DNA of 63,996 bases, the filler included, from Hyphochytrium catenoides (lineage: Eukaryota > Protista > Hyphochytriomycota), in NCBI GenBank assembly GCA_900088475.1. It is 7 parts of 7 records of this genome, joined end to end, with 100 filler letters (N's around TTAATTAATTAA, not from the genome) between each part and the next. Parts side by side here need not be neighbours in the genome. Positions count along the whole stretch, not along the records: positions 10,779 to 41,516 come from FLMG01003881.1; 6 more parts are not named here. One strand, given 5' to 3'. The translations under genes and the position numbers were made by a program. The stretch's first letter is position 1. Every line of letters starts with the position of its first letter. The notes under the pieces were generated by a model. It saw nothing but the letters and a program-made list of their open reading frames with translations, was not told where the DNA came from and made no database searches. Positions 12,720-25,579 of the stretch are shown piece after piece.

Positions 12720-13140
12720 CACGTCACATGTGAAGAACACCACGACGAAGAAACAAAAAGAGAGAGAGAGACACGGAGAGAAAGAATGTATAACTGTCAC
12801 TCATTATTTATTCATATAAACAACCGGAAGGAGGATTTTCTCCTCCTCTCTACCTTCAAGACCTTTCCCTTCAAGACCCTTCCCCTTTCAAAGATTTCTA
12901 CCGCCCGTAGCTCGGCCTCCGAGCGCTAGACAGAGACAGAGTCTCCAGTTCCCGGGGAAGACCGAGCTGGTCGGGGCAGAAGGAGAGAGAGGCAGGTAGG
13001 CAGGGGTTATAAAGATAGAAAAGGCTGGGACCAGTACTCTCTCTCTCTTCTATGGAGTAGCAGGGACAAGGAGACAAAAACGTATATACAAGCCCCTTGT
13101 CCCTGTCGTCCTCTGTCTCAGCCACCTCAGCACCTGCTCT

Positions 13141-16100
13141 CTATTCTCCCCCTTGATCTAGAACGACGACCTTGAACTCTAGCTGCGGCGCTGCTGGGAT
13201 ATAATTGACGGCTGTCTGTGCGTGCTGGTAATAGAGCTTCAGCACTTCCTGGTACTCCTCTAAAGCCCGGGGGACATACACCTCGAGCGATGGATCATAG
13301 TACTGGATGGGAGAAGAGAGATTCACCGAGGAAGAGAGAGAAGCAGCTGGGCCTTTCTTAGCGTTTGCTTGCGCTTGTCGTCTTCTTATAATTTGTTCTG
13401 TCAACATCTTGAGCATTGCATCGATCTTGGACGCCAGAGAGAGATCAAGAGAAGTCTCCTCGTTGCCGAGACTGGCTCCGAAGAGAGACTGTCGGAAAGC
13501 ATGAAGCGGCTCTCTCTCTCCCTCCTGCTCTTGCTGGGCATTCCAGCCGGCAATCAAATCAAACGCAGACTGCCTTTGCTGAAATTGGGCAGGAGAAGGA
13601 CGAGCAGCAACACCTCTGCTTGACCCATTCTGAGACGGCCAAGACGGAGTAAGAGGAGACCCAGGAGGAGAGGACGTCGGCGAGAGAGAATCCTTGCCCA
13701 GGCGGGAAGAGACGGCTAAAGGAGAGAGATTTAAGCGAAAGAGACTGGTGGCGACTCCTAGAAGCCCTCCTCCAGCTCCATAGCCCCTTTCTCTCTTTTT
13801 CTCGCCTGCCCTAAGTCCATTCTTCGGCATTAACCTGGTTCGTCCCACCAGGATCTCATCAGTAAGGCAAGGTAGCTGCAGTCTTGAAGAGAGAAATAGC
13901 TTGAAGACGAGGATATGANNNNNNNNNNNNNNNNNNNNNNNNNNNNNNNNNNNNNNNNNNNNNNNNNNNNNNNNCAGGAGCAAATCGCGAGCCAGAGTCT
14001 GCCGCCTCTTGCCCTCTAACAGATCTAGCCACCAAGAAGAAAGGAAGGAAGAGTGGTGAGAAAGATATGGGAGATACAGAGTCAGTGAGATGCGGTTCCG
14101 AGATGCACGAACGAAGAAATGGGCACGACTTCCAGCTAACTACCAGAGGTTCGCAGGCCTTAATTAACAACCAGTTCTGTACCTCGCTCTCCAGCCCCCC
14201 TTGCCTGCTTCTTTCTTTCTTTCTCTCTCTCCCGTCTCTCCCCCCNNNNNNNNNNNNNNNCTGCACTATGGCACGCATGAGGTACTGGAGGTCAAGAGAG
14301 AGTGGAAGTGTGCCTTTCTCTCCATCTTCCTCCTCATCTTCTTCGTCGGTGTGAGACTGTGAATCGAACTCGTAGGAAGAGCCACGAGGCCTGTTACCAG
14401 ACCATCTCTCCGCATTTCCTGCCTCTGATTGGGAGCGGAGGAACCTCTGAAGCCGACCGTGATGGTAGGCTGCGGCAGGAAGCAGCCTCTGCAGAATGTC
14501 TAGACAGCGGTCGATGCTGAAACAGGAGAGCATCAGTTGGGCCATCGAGATTAGGGGAATGGAAGAGGAAAGAGAGAAGAGACAGAATGCAATGAGTTAA
14601 GAGAGGCCGTCAGCAGTTCGCGCCTTCAAAGGAAAACCCTAGGCCAAAAGTGGGTACCTGACGAGGTTAAAGCAGCTTGTATTCTCTAAGGTTATCTGTT
14701 GAGAGAGACCACCAGTCAGTAAAAGGCACTCTTAGTCGACCAACAGAGAAAACCACTGCGCCCACCTGTATCATAGGGTTGAGGAGGTCAGGGTTCCGCA
14801 GGAGAGACTCTGCCGCCTGAAAGAGAAGAGAGGACTCTGCTACATCCCATTTAAAGGGTAGTTTACTGGAGATGAGAGGAGAAGAAGAAGACAGAGAAGC
14901 ATCGTCACCGAATGGTGGACAACAAGAAGAAGGAGGCGGAGACGTCTGCGCGGTTGGCTTTTTCATCGCGGATGTTTTCACTGCGCTCGCAGACGATGGA
15001 GATTCCATACGACTACTGCCGTCATAGTGGATAAGTAGGAGAAGGTACACGCGTATCAACGCGCTATAGCCTGCCCGAGAGTTGAGAAGTGGCCCAAAGA
15101 GTTAGCGCGACGCTGGAGAGAGGATCTTCGACTAATGAACAGAGAGGATAGTACAAGAGAGAGAGAGAAAACCGTCTGGGACGCTGCAGTGGCTCTTCCA
15201 AGAGAAAGATATGGCAGAGCCTTACCTGGTATGGTAGACCACGCAATTTCGGGGGAAAAAGAAGTGTCTGCTACGTGCTCCAGAAGAGCTTGGATAAACT
15301 TCAGGACAAACAAGGTCTGCGGGTACTCGGTCAGCAGAAGACAGAGAACGCAATGGCCGAGCAGACAAGAGTCGAAGCAAGCGCGGGACTCCTAATTGAG
15401 AACAACAAAGCAAGACGAGTCCACAGCCGGGCCCCACTGCCCGCCCGATGCTTAACAGCTTGAGAAGAGCTTGAGAGAAGACGAAGACGAGACTGAAGAG
15501 GGAACCAAAGCAAGGATGTGGCATCAAATCTCAAGGGGCATACCCAAGCCAAATATTCAACGGGTAAGGACGAGTGGGCTCTTGGATACGGACCTGAAGC
15601 TCTTTCTTAGGCGAATGGATGAGGTTAAGAATGGGCTGGTACTTGGGCAAGAGGAGGACGATGTCTGTCTCTAGCTCTTTAGGGTCCCCCTTCGTAAACT
15701 GAAGGAAAGCCCTCAGCTGCTTTTCCACGGCTGACCAGTAGAAAAGAGATGGAGACGACGAGATAAACCGCCGCACATGTCCTCGACGAGCATCTTTTCG
15801 CTGTATCTGAAGACGGAAGAAAAAGTAAAGGGCCGAGGTCAGTCACGAATGTTCCCTAGTAACCGGACAATAAGGCTTCAACAGCGGTGGAAATGCAAGG
15901 ACAAGAGACAAAATGGAAGCCATAAGCCATGCGTTAGGAAGCATGAAGAGAAGGGGCATAATTTGGAGTTAGAGCACAAAGCGAGCAGTGCGCAGTAGTC
16001 TCTTCAGATCACTTACAGCGGCAAGAACTGCGTCCGTCGTATCTCTTACACTGCTCTGAACCGTCCACTCTAACTCTCTTTCTCCTTTCCCGTCAACCTT

Positions 16101-18386
16101 GTCCTCACGAGTAACGCTCTCTACGACAAATCGCTGATAGAACTCGGGTGGACTATAGGCTTGATCAACATCCATGTAAATCTCTGCCTCATCGCTTCTA
16201 TCTGGGGCAGAAGGAGCCGCGCTCTCTCTCTCTTTCTCCTCCACGTCACTGCTCTGCTGGTAGGTCCACGAGAGAAGACCTCTCTGTACCTCCGTCCAGT
16301 GCTGCTGACATCGTTCCCCGTCTTTTTCTCCATCTCTCTCTCTTCCTCTAGGCGCTGCAATCCCGACTTCGTTGGCGTAAGGCCCAAGCTCGGCTTGCAG
16401 AACCCGTGATAGGTCTGCCAGAGTGTCCAGCACATGCTGCGAGACCATTGGTAGACAAAAATACGCGAAGGCAAGGATCTGCGCAAGAACAAAGTTGAGA
16501 AAAGCAAGGAGTTGAGAGAAGCATTTTACAAAGAGAAGCCAAAGAGAAGTACGAAGCGACGGCGAATGAAAAGAAAGAGAGAGAGACAGAGAGGAAGACG
16601 GAGGGACAGAAGAGAGAGAGAACGAGAGGAAACGAGAAAGTGCCTTGCAAATGAGGACACTCTTTGCGCGGAAAGATGAACCATCTGAGAGACACTGAGG
16701 GGTCAACATGCGATAACGGCAAACCTCGAAATGTCCTTAGAAGAAGAAAAGAAAGAATACGATGGGAGACCATAATGGAGGGAGGACACTTACCTGAGCA
16801 GCTAAGTGAGTGTACTCTGGAGGACAAGAAGGAAGCTCACACTTCTTTCCCGCATGAGCTAGAGTCTCAATCACCATTTTGCGATACTGCAGGATACCTG
16901 CAAGGGAGAAAATCAGCATAGAAGACGGAAGAGAGAGGAGTCAGAATCGTCATTATCTCTCTCTCTCTCTCTCTCTGTATGTGTGTCTCTCTCCTCTCCG
17001 TGTCTCTCTCTCTGTCTCTCTCTTATCATTCTCTAACCCTCTCTCTAATATCACACCTACAGATACAGCTTTCTTCCCTCCCCCGCAGAGTCTTTCCTCT
17101 CTCTTTTGTCAGTTCAATATCCTGCACGTGTCCCCACCTTGCAGCAAGGGGCTGTTAAGAGGGCACTGCACCGTTGTCGACTCAGCGTACAATCCGATTT
17201 GTCTCGGTGAGAACTCCTCCCGCCTCAAGATGAGGAGGATCAGCTTGAGGAACAAATGGCGCACGCCTCCCCTGGCAGGTACTGTGTCCACATATCTGAG
17301 AAGGTAGGACCTGAAGGAGCGATTGCGTGAGGATCAGTGTCTACATAGATGACATCTTCCCTCGAACGGGATGAGGAGAGACGTGCTAGGGAGAAAGGAC
17401 GTACAAGTAGGTGGAAAGAGAGAGAGAGAGACTTTTGATGGCACAAATGAGGTGTGACGGCAAACGTGCTTTGAGCAAGAAGAAAGAGAGGAAGACAGAG
17501 AGAGAGCACAAGACGAAGTGAGCGGTGGAGAAGAAGAGGGTAGAGCACCCGCCGTCCGTCAAAGAATGATGAGAGATGAAGATCCTAAGGAGGAGGAATG
17601 ACAAGCATCTAACAGGGTCTCTCCTGCAGGATGCCCCCGAAGGGAAACGTAAAAGGCACAGTACGCACCAGAGCCTTAAGAGACACCGCTGTCCTCTGGG
17701 AAGATCATCCTTCTTGTTTCTATAAGAGAACATTCTCTCCTCCAAGTAGAATTCTAGTTCTCTCAAGCTCTCAACAGCCTCCTGAAGATCGTAGCCTCCG
17801 TCACAGAGCCTATTAATCTCTCTCTCCAGCTTCCAGGAGAAGAGAGTTCCGCTCTCTTCTCTCTCCCATTCCCGTTCCCCTCCTCCGCCTGAGGCCCACT
17901 CGGAAACCCCGTTGAGGTAAGGCATCTTACGTCTCCTTCTTCGTAGAGAAGAGCTAGAGGAGCATCTGACGGTCTAGACAGCTGCGCAATGCATCCAGCC
18001 CACCAGGCAAGATCCTGTCTTCGTCATGTCATGGTGATCGAAAGGAGTCTCCTATGGAGTGACAATGGTGAGAACAAAAGCAGGGAGAGAGAGAATGTCC
18101 TGAGAAGGAGAGACAGAGCTTCTGCAAAGAGAGCAGACGCAACAGCGAAGAAAGGTTGGGCCAGCGGGAAGGATGCAGACCGCTTGCCTGCTGCTGTGTC
18201 CCCTGCCTCTGCACCACAGCTTCAAGATGTTAAGACTCCTCACAGGTCTTGACCTGCCTTCACGGCCGAACGCATTGTCTCACGAACGGAAGATCCGAGT
18301 CTCTCCTCCTCAGCTTGCCTCCTAGCTAGCTCTTGCTAGTCTCTTGTCTCCTTTCCCTCGAAGCGAACCTGTGCTCTTCCTGACAT
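13141..18386 (-). CDS. Large multi-exon hypothetical protein (boundaries uncertain; two internal N gaps)
   Basis: Chain of minus-strand open segments with plausible splice sites (e.g. FYWSAVEKQLRAFLQ...KELQ|GTCCGT, CAG|TLFVLKFIQALLEHV...|GTAAGG, NPMIQ|GTGGGC) ending at the TAG at 13141. No recognisable domain. Confidence 0.4.
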
Positions 18387-18498
18387 ACACCTCGACAGTT
18401 GCCGTGGGGAGAGAGTACTCTTCTCTCAGTCTAAGTGTGCTGGCTGTTCGCTGCGCACTGTCGCTTCTTGTTTGCTGTGCTCGCTGTTTCTCTTCCCT

Positions 18499-18560
<62 letters not shown>

Positions 18561-19457
18561 CTGTGCTCACATCACGACATAAGGCAGGCTCACTCAATCA
18601 GAAGGTGGTCGAGAGAAGAGAAAGATGCCACTCAACTCGGAAATCCGGAAAGTTAGGCAGCTAAAGCGTCTATATTCCGCATAGGATTAGGAAAGCGTCG
18701 CCATATTCGTCATACAATCCCTATTATGTTGGCTGTCTCATTCAATCTCAGCCTCCAAACGGAACTTCAAGACAGGAACTATTACTACTCATTATATAGG
18801 CGGATATGGTTAAGCAGAATTGGATTACTACTTGAACTATCGATAGCCGCTAACGACCACTACAGGGGAAGCTCTGAGAACTTAAGTTTTGGAGTTCTTT
18901 GGTGGCAGGAGGCGAGCTAGAGAGCTGTAGGGCACTCACCTCAATCTCTTCCTTTCTCTCTTTTTCTCTCTCTCTCTCTCTCNNNNNNNNNNNNNNNNNN
19001 NNNNNNNNNNNNNNNNNNNNNNNNNNNNNNCTCTCTCTCTCTCTCTCTCTTTCTCTCGCTCTCTCTCGCTCTCTCTCTCGCTCGCTCGCTCGCTCGCTCG
19101 CTCTCGTTCTCTCTCTTTCTTGGCTCTCTCTTACTCTCTCTGTTTTGTCTCTTGTTCTTTGTCTCGTTTCTCTTTCGCTTTCGCTTTTTCTTTCTCTCTC
19201 GCCATGTGTTTCTCTCTGTGTCTCTTGCTGATGGCGATCCATTATTGGGTCTCTACAATGTCATTGCGGAAACTTTAGACAGAGCCTTCTTCTCACTATT
19301 GAGCCAGTAGACAATCAGACACAGCGCATGCTATTCCTCGCCATCACAGGCTCGTAGGGTTAGCGTTCATCACGCGCCGTCCCTTCGTCCTTCGCCGGGT
19401 TCTGCACGGCTGCTCCTCAGGCAACGTCTCTTCTGTTAGCTGTCATCTCTCTTCATC

Positions 19458-20880
19458 ATGGGCGGGAAGACAGAAGTTCTTGACCTCCGCCGCGCGCTGG
19501 AGAAGGAGTTGTCGCGCGAGAGCATCGAGAAAGCGAGAACGCTAGACATTCTCAAGCGTCTTTCGGAAGTGAAGATGAGCTTAGATTTACTCAGTGAGAC
19601 AAAGATTGGCATGACAGTGAACAAGCTCAAGAAGGTGAAGGAAGACGCGGTCGCGAACGAAGCGAAAGAGCTTGTGAGACGGTGGAAGACAGTGGCGCAG
19701 CAGGAAGGAGTGGTTGTCACACCAAAAGGAGGAGGAGGAGGGAAGAGCCCGAAATCTGAAGCAAGCACTCCGCGTTCGGAGCAGCAGGAGACGGTGAAGC
19801 CTCCTCTCCCTCCTCCCGCCTCTGCGGTAAAGAGACCTGTTGCTCCTGCGCCTGTGAAGAGAGAGAACGGCACACCTTCCTCTTCAGCGTCTCCCTCTCC
19901 CACTGCCTCAACTACCTCTGCTACCATCGACGCGAGAGTTCTGGCCAACCTTCCGCCTCTTCCGAGCAATCGCACCAAATGCCGAGAAATGCTCATCAGA
20001 GTGTTTGCCCTCAGCGCTGGATCTCAGATTGGCACTGCAGTGGAGACAGGATGTGCGGTTGAGAAGGTCATGGCCCAGCAGTTTGACATGGGTAGCACCC
20101 AGGAGAGGAGAGAGGAATACCTGCAGAAGTTCCGTCAGCTGCACTTTAACCTCAAGAAGAACGAGACTCTAAGAGAGAGCATCAGAAGAGGAAATGTCAG
20201 CGCCAGGAAACTTCTTGAGATGTCTCCTGAAGAGCTTGCCACAGAAGAAAAGAGAAAGGAACTGGAGCTGCTGAATAAGGAAGCGATTGATGTCAGTATC
20301 TTGGCCTTGTTGAAGCTCTCTCTCTCTCTCTCTCTCTTGCCCTGTCTCTCCTTATCTGTGTGCCTCTCTGGCTCTCTCTCGCTCTGCCCCTCTTTCTCTC
20401 TCTCTTCTATGCCTCGTTCCATCCGCGCGCTCTCCTTGACTGCTTCGCTTTCTCGCTGTTTTGATACTTCCTCAATGTTTGCATCCACATGGCTCCTGCC
20501 TGCACTTCGCCATCTGAGTATTGTCAATCAATTCTGGCCAGTCTCTATCTTAACTCTGGGCGGAACTTTATGGGACGAGCTGTTTGCTTCTTCTTCTCAC
20601 TCCTGATGTGGGTCTTCTACAGCTCCCACTTCATCTGACATAGCCCTTCTACCATCCGTCTTCATCTCCTGATGAACAGGCGTCTCGCTCTGACTGGGAA
20701 CGAGCCAATGAGGCTATCATCAATAAGCAGTGCGGGATAGAGGGGAAGAAAGGAATGTTCAAATGTGGCCGCTGCAAGAGCAAGCACACTGACAACTATC
20801 AGAAGCAAACCCGAAGCGCAGATGAGCCAATGACAGTCTTCGTCACCTGTCTCGACTGCGGGAACAGGTGGAAGTGCTAG
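19458..20880 (+). CDS. TCEA1: Transcription elongation factor S-II (TFIIS)
   Basis: Exons 19458-20291 and 20680-20880. N-terminal domain [14 protein letters not shown]...LVRRWK, central domain [10 protein letters not shown]...MSPEELA, Zn ribbon CGRC...[24 protein letters not shown]. Confidence 0.95.
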
Positions 20881-21480
20881 ATCGGAGCGGTCAATGAGAG
20901 GAAGAGACACGAGAGCCCGAGAAATGAGCAGGTTTTGACAAGGAAGCGGAGATCAAGGAAAGATCAGGTGCTCTCTCTGTTGGGCCTATACTCTCGGTTG
21001 AGGAGCCTGTCCATTTGACTGGAAAGGGGAAGCGGGCTTTGCAATTGCTTCAGCGCGTAGATGTTAGCGTTGCTCATCCCTAATATTTATGTGAGATTCG
21101 TTGTTACTTCATGAAGAAGAAGGAAGGATAATGAAGATCTTTGTTTGGGCTGAAGAGTCTCAAGATGCCTCCTTAGAGGATGGCAGCCTCCCATTATCTC
21201 CTTCTCCTTCCTCTCTCTTGCTCCGTTCACAAGCGTCAAACCTCTACACGATCAAGGATTTTACAACGGTGACGGCCACCAAAACGAAAACTCTTACATT
21301 GGCAAATGGGAGGATGCAGGACGGGAGGAGAGAAGAGACTTCTCAATCTCACTAGAACGTCAAATCTCTTTTAGTCTCAGCAGGAAGTGAGGCTACAAAG
21401 ATAGAGTTGCAACTAGCAGGAGTGCGACAGCCACGAACTATACCCAGAATAGAGAGAGAAGAGAATTGGACTTCAAGCTC

Positions 21481-24400
21481 TCACGGGCTCAAAGTCATTA
21501 AAACCGCCACGAAGGTCAAGATCATCTTGCTCTTCACTTCTACAATGTCCTCCCAGGTGAGGAAGACAGTCGCACCGATCTTTCTGGCGACACTGATGGC
21601 GTACTTAGCGTTGTTCATCTTCTCTTCGTCTAAGAGACATCAAGTAGTAAGCACGTTGAGGACAGTAAACAGAGGATAGACACGAGTCACCATCTTCGGA
21701 CCCAGGGAGAACGGGTAGGCGGCAGAAAAGGAATAGTAGAAGACACTGAGACTATGTGGCTAGGAAGGGTCTGAAGGTAGATTGTGAACACACCTGTACT
21801 TCCTGGAGCCACCACTGACCAATCCACCGCTCTGTTCTCTATGCTGTACACCAGGTCCAGCAGAAACTGGCCGTTCGAAAGAGAAGGATCACGGAATGCC
21901 ACCATTCGAGATCTTCTTCCGCCCTGCTGGACCTTGTTGTTGGCCCAGCTGACGATGTCTTGGTCACTAATATGATATCCGCCTCTCTTGGAGAGAGATG
22001 AGAGAATCTTTAGGATGTGATGCCGCATCAGCTGCCATATGAGAGCAAGGATAAGCTTCTTATTCCCATCTATAATGTCCACCCCGCCGACATTCACTAG
22101 AGAGAATTTCAACTGCTTCCCGAGAACCACGCAATAGTTGCCATTCTCAACTTTCTTGAAGCGGTTCTTAGGGTCAAAGTTTACTGTGGGCCAATGGACG
22201 AGCCCGGGTTCCACCCGGTCCATGACCTGCAAAGAGTAGAGCAGGGGTTTAGGTGAGAGAGAAAGAGCGGGAAGAGGGTCTGGGAGTCCAAAAAGTCATG
22301 AAGCGGCCATTGCGAAGATATCAGAAGATGCAACGTGACTAGAGATATCACCTTGAGAATGATGACTCCGTCTCTTAGATCTGCGAAGAGGTTGTTGACA
22401 TAAACATCCTCCAGACCCAAAGAGTTGATCCACATCCTGAACACTCTCTCTTCACGGCTATCTCCTACATCATCGTCCAGCACCTCAGCCATCTCCGTCA
22501 CTTCTTCCTCTGTCACAGTCAATCCAGGACATGTGTTGAAGATCTAGGAGTATGAGATCAGACCCCGAAGTGAAAGAGAGAAAGACAGAGGAAGACATTA
22601 GCAACATCTGGAGTGAGTCTCCTTGTCACTGAAAGAGAAAGCCGATGAATTCACAAGATCCGTAAGAATGCTGTCTAGTCCTCTGAACTCTTGCTTTTGC
22701 TCTTCCTCCGCTACTTTCCCTCTCGCTCTTTCCTTTCCTTTCCCTTTCTTCTTCTCTCTGTCCCTTGTCTACTACTATTGTTCCTACCTGAGCGGCAAAC
22801 GCCAAGTTCAGCTTCCTGTTACCGCTGGTGATGTCTCTCGGGAGCAGGAAGACCTCCACCTTGAGCCTCTTCGCGTTTTCAATGACGTGTGCCGCTCTTT
22901 GTTCTACGTCTGTCTCGCTAGCCAGATCACACGTTTGAGGAGCTATTTGATGCAAAAGGATGCTGTACGCCTCAGAGTCCTAGAAACCAACGTTAGGTCC
23001 TTCGAAAGTCCAGAAGAATCGTGATATTGCAATTCAGTCTCCACAATGTGTAGAGTAGTATGCCAAGATACTCAGCGGGGAGAGGACAGTAGGTAGGTGA
23101 TAGCTGTGTGCACTAGAAGAAAATGCAGTGAATGGAGCCAAAGAGGGAAACAAAAGAAGATGGAAGGCTGTGAATGGATGGAAGAGTACCGGAGAGAGAG
23201 GCTTTACTTATTACCTGAATGTCCGAACTAAAGTTGTTTACTCTTCTAGTGGATCCAGCAGCCTAAGGCGGTACAGAAAGCCGTGGAAAGAGCTGGTAAG
23301 TTAAGGATGAAGCTACCACCTTAACCCTTTCCCTAACCTTGAGGTGGAAGTTGATCCATCGAAGGAGGATCAGTTCTGGGGGAAGTTTCATAAGATCTGC
23401 CAGGTCTTCGCCGGGCTCTAGAAGGCGAATCAACTCTGGATGGTGCTGCGCGGAGAGACAACAAACAAGGTCTGCTGTTAGCAAGACAAGGACAATGACA
23501 GCATCCTCTAGCAACTGTACTGGTGCGTCAGGCAAGATCCCTACCTTCAATGTGATGGTAGATGTCAACTGAATCTTTACGATCTGCCAGACCAGCCCAA
23601 GAACCAGGATGGGTTGACCTTGAATAAGATCCTAACCGCAAAAACAAATGTAAATATGGGTCCCGGAAGAGGCACGTCACTTTCCCGCACCTGAGCGCCG
23701 ATGTTTACGACGGAGCAGCCAATGGACTTCGCCGCATTGATACAAAGGTTCTGATTCTCGGTCTGGGCAAGGCCAGAGAACACAAGGGAAGGAGTCGATG
23801 TTAGAGAACCTTAGCTCTTTGAGGAGCAACAGACCACATTGCAACGGTGAGGGAGACCTTTTCATATATGTTGAGCTTATCCTTTTTGTTGAGAGCTCTT
23901 TCATCAATTGTCTCGGGCACTGCCAGGTTGATAAGCTTGCTATACCGGCCAAGGAAGAAGCCATTGTCACACGCCGTGGATTGCCAAGAGAGCAGAGTCA
24001 CAAAGAGATCAGAAATGATTTCCAAGATAACCGGTGCTGGGAAAAGGAGAGAGGCTTACCAAAGCAGGATCCCGTCCTGCACTCCACTGAAGAGTGCCAT
24101 GGAATGAGAGTCCATCGGTAAGATCTTGGAGAGCTCCTTATCATGACGCAGACAGTTGTTGATGTGCTCCGTAAAGGCAATCTGCATGGGACAGGAAGAG
24201 GGGGAATAGGGGGCATTTATAAGAGCGCAGGGAAAGTGAGAGATCGTTCTTCTAACCTTCTCTTCATCCGAGAACGAGTGAGTTCCGCCTGACGAGCCTC
24301 TCATCTCATGGATATGAAGCTGCTTAACAGCCGCTGTAGCTGCTGCCACTTGTTGGGTGGGTGAGGAAGCTGGCTTTGGTGGAGTAGGAGGCATATCATG

Positions 24401-24734
24401 TTTATGGACTTTCTCCAGAATCTTTGGCAGGAGAGGGATGTTTGATCATGACCAGGGTTAGGCCCAATATTGCAGGAGGTTTGGTGCGGTGCCTTACCGC
24501 CAAGAAATCGGGCCACTCAAGGAAGGGCGACCCCTTTCTTCCTATGTCCGTCAACACAGCTTGCAACTGGACCCTAGTGATGTTCTGGCCGAGCTTGTTT
24601 AAGGCTAAAGATAGCTCTGCGGACGCCATCCTTCCTGCCTTCTTTGGGTCGAACTCCTGGAAGACCCGTTTATATGAGTCCAGCTCCGAAGGGGTAAACT
24701 CCCGCACAAAGTGCGGAGGCACAAAGTATGCCAT
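21481..24734 (-). CDS. Fimbrin/plastin (EF-hand + four CH domains), 12 exons
   Basis: [13 protein letters not shown]|[73 protein letters not shown]. All 11 introns are GT-AG and in phase. Confidence 0.95.
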
Positions 24735-25579
24735 ATCTGGTGGGGAGGCTGCCCACACGCGGAGACTTGTACCGCCCGCGGCTAGCGCAGGCCACAGATC
24801 TTCGCTCAGAACAGAGCAAAACCACAGTCGTAAACGAGAGCTATGTTGACGCTACTCGGAACCCAGTCTCGTGTCCAGATCTCTTCTTTCTTTCTTCTGA
24901 TCGATCTGCGTCTGACTGTTCTTTCTGCATTTTTGAAGCTTTTTTGCTGTTACTTCCCGATATTTCTTGTCCTCCCGCGACCCTTATAGAAAGATTGCTA
25001 CAATACAATGGGATATAATAAGCAGTTGGACAGCCCTTATAGGCAAGTGAAAGGTTATTGTACCCGAAGGAAAAGATATTCCAGAGCCAGGAATTGATAA
25101 TCAACATAGAGATGAAAGAGATTATCATCCGTTTCCAATGAGAATCTTCAAAAGATTCTCTGGTCTTTTCTTATTTGTTGAGACTTCTCAGCTTTTTGAG
25201 CCCGGACAACGAGCTCTGCCGCACGCCTGCAGACGATAATTGCAGACTGCCAAGCGAGAGGTGATTCTATTCTTTCTTCCTAGGCGGTCTGGCTCTTAGA
25301 TGAGCTTCGGGGTGCCTTACCGAACTCCCCACTACCTGTCTGCCCACTACTAATCCAAAATTCTGCTGGAGCTTGGGTTCATCTTATACGCCTGAGTACG
25401 TAGTTCTCATCCAACTCTCGGTAAGCCAGGTTTGCTTCACTGCCAAGAGGATAAAGCCTAGCTTCCGTAACCCTATAAGCCCAAGTCTTCTAGTAGGCCT
25501 GTCACGCCGTCCTCCTGCAAGGCTGGAACCACCAGGCATCCTTCTACTTCTAGCAGTATCACGGGAAAAAGCCCTCAGA

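Noticed and set aside
18336-18338. Possible stop-codon reassignment suggested by in-frame TAG/TGA
   Set aside because: Conserved genes end normally in TAG (DNAJC17, TFIIS), TGA (fimbrin, trypsin) and TAA (GT, lyase) and contain no internal stops.
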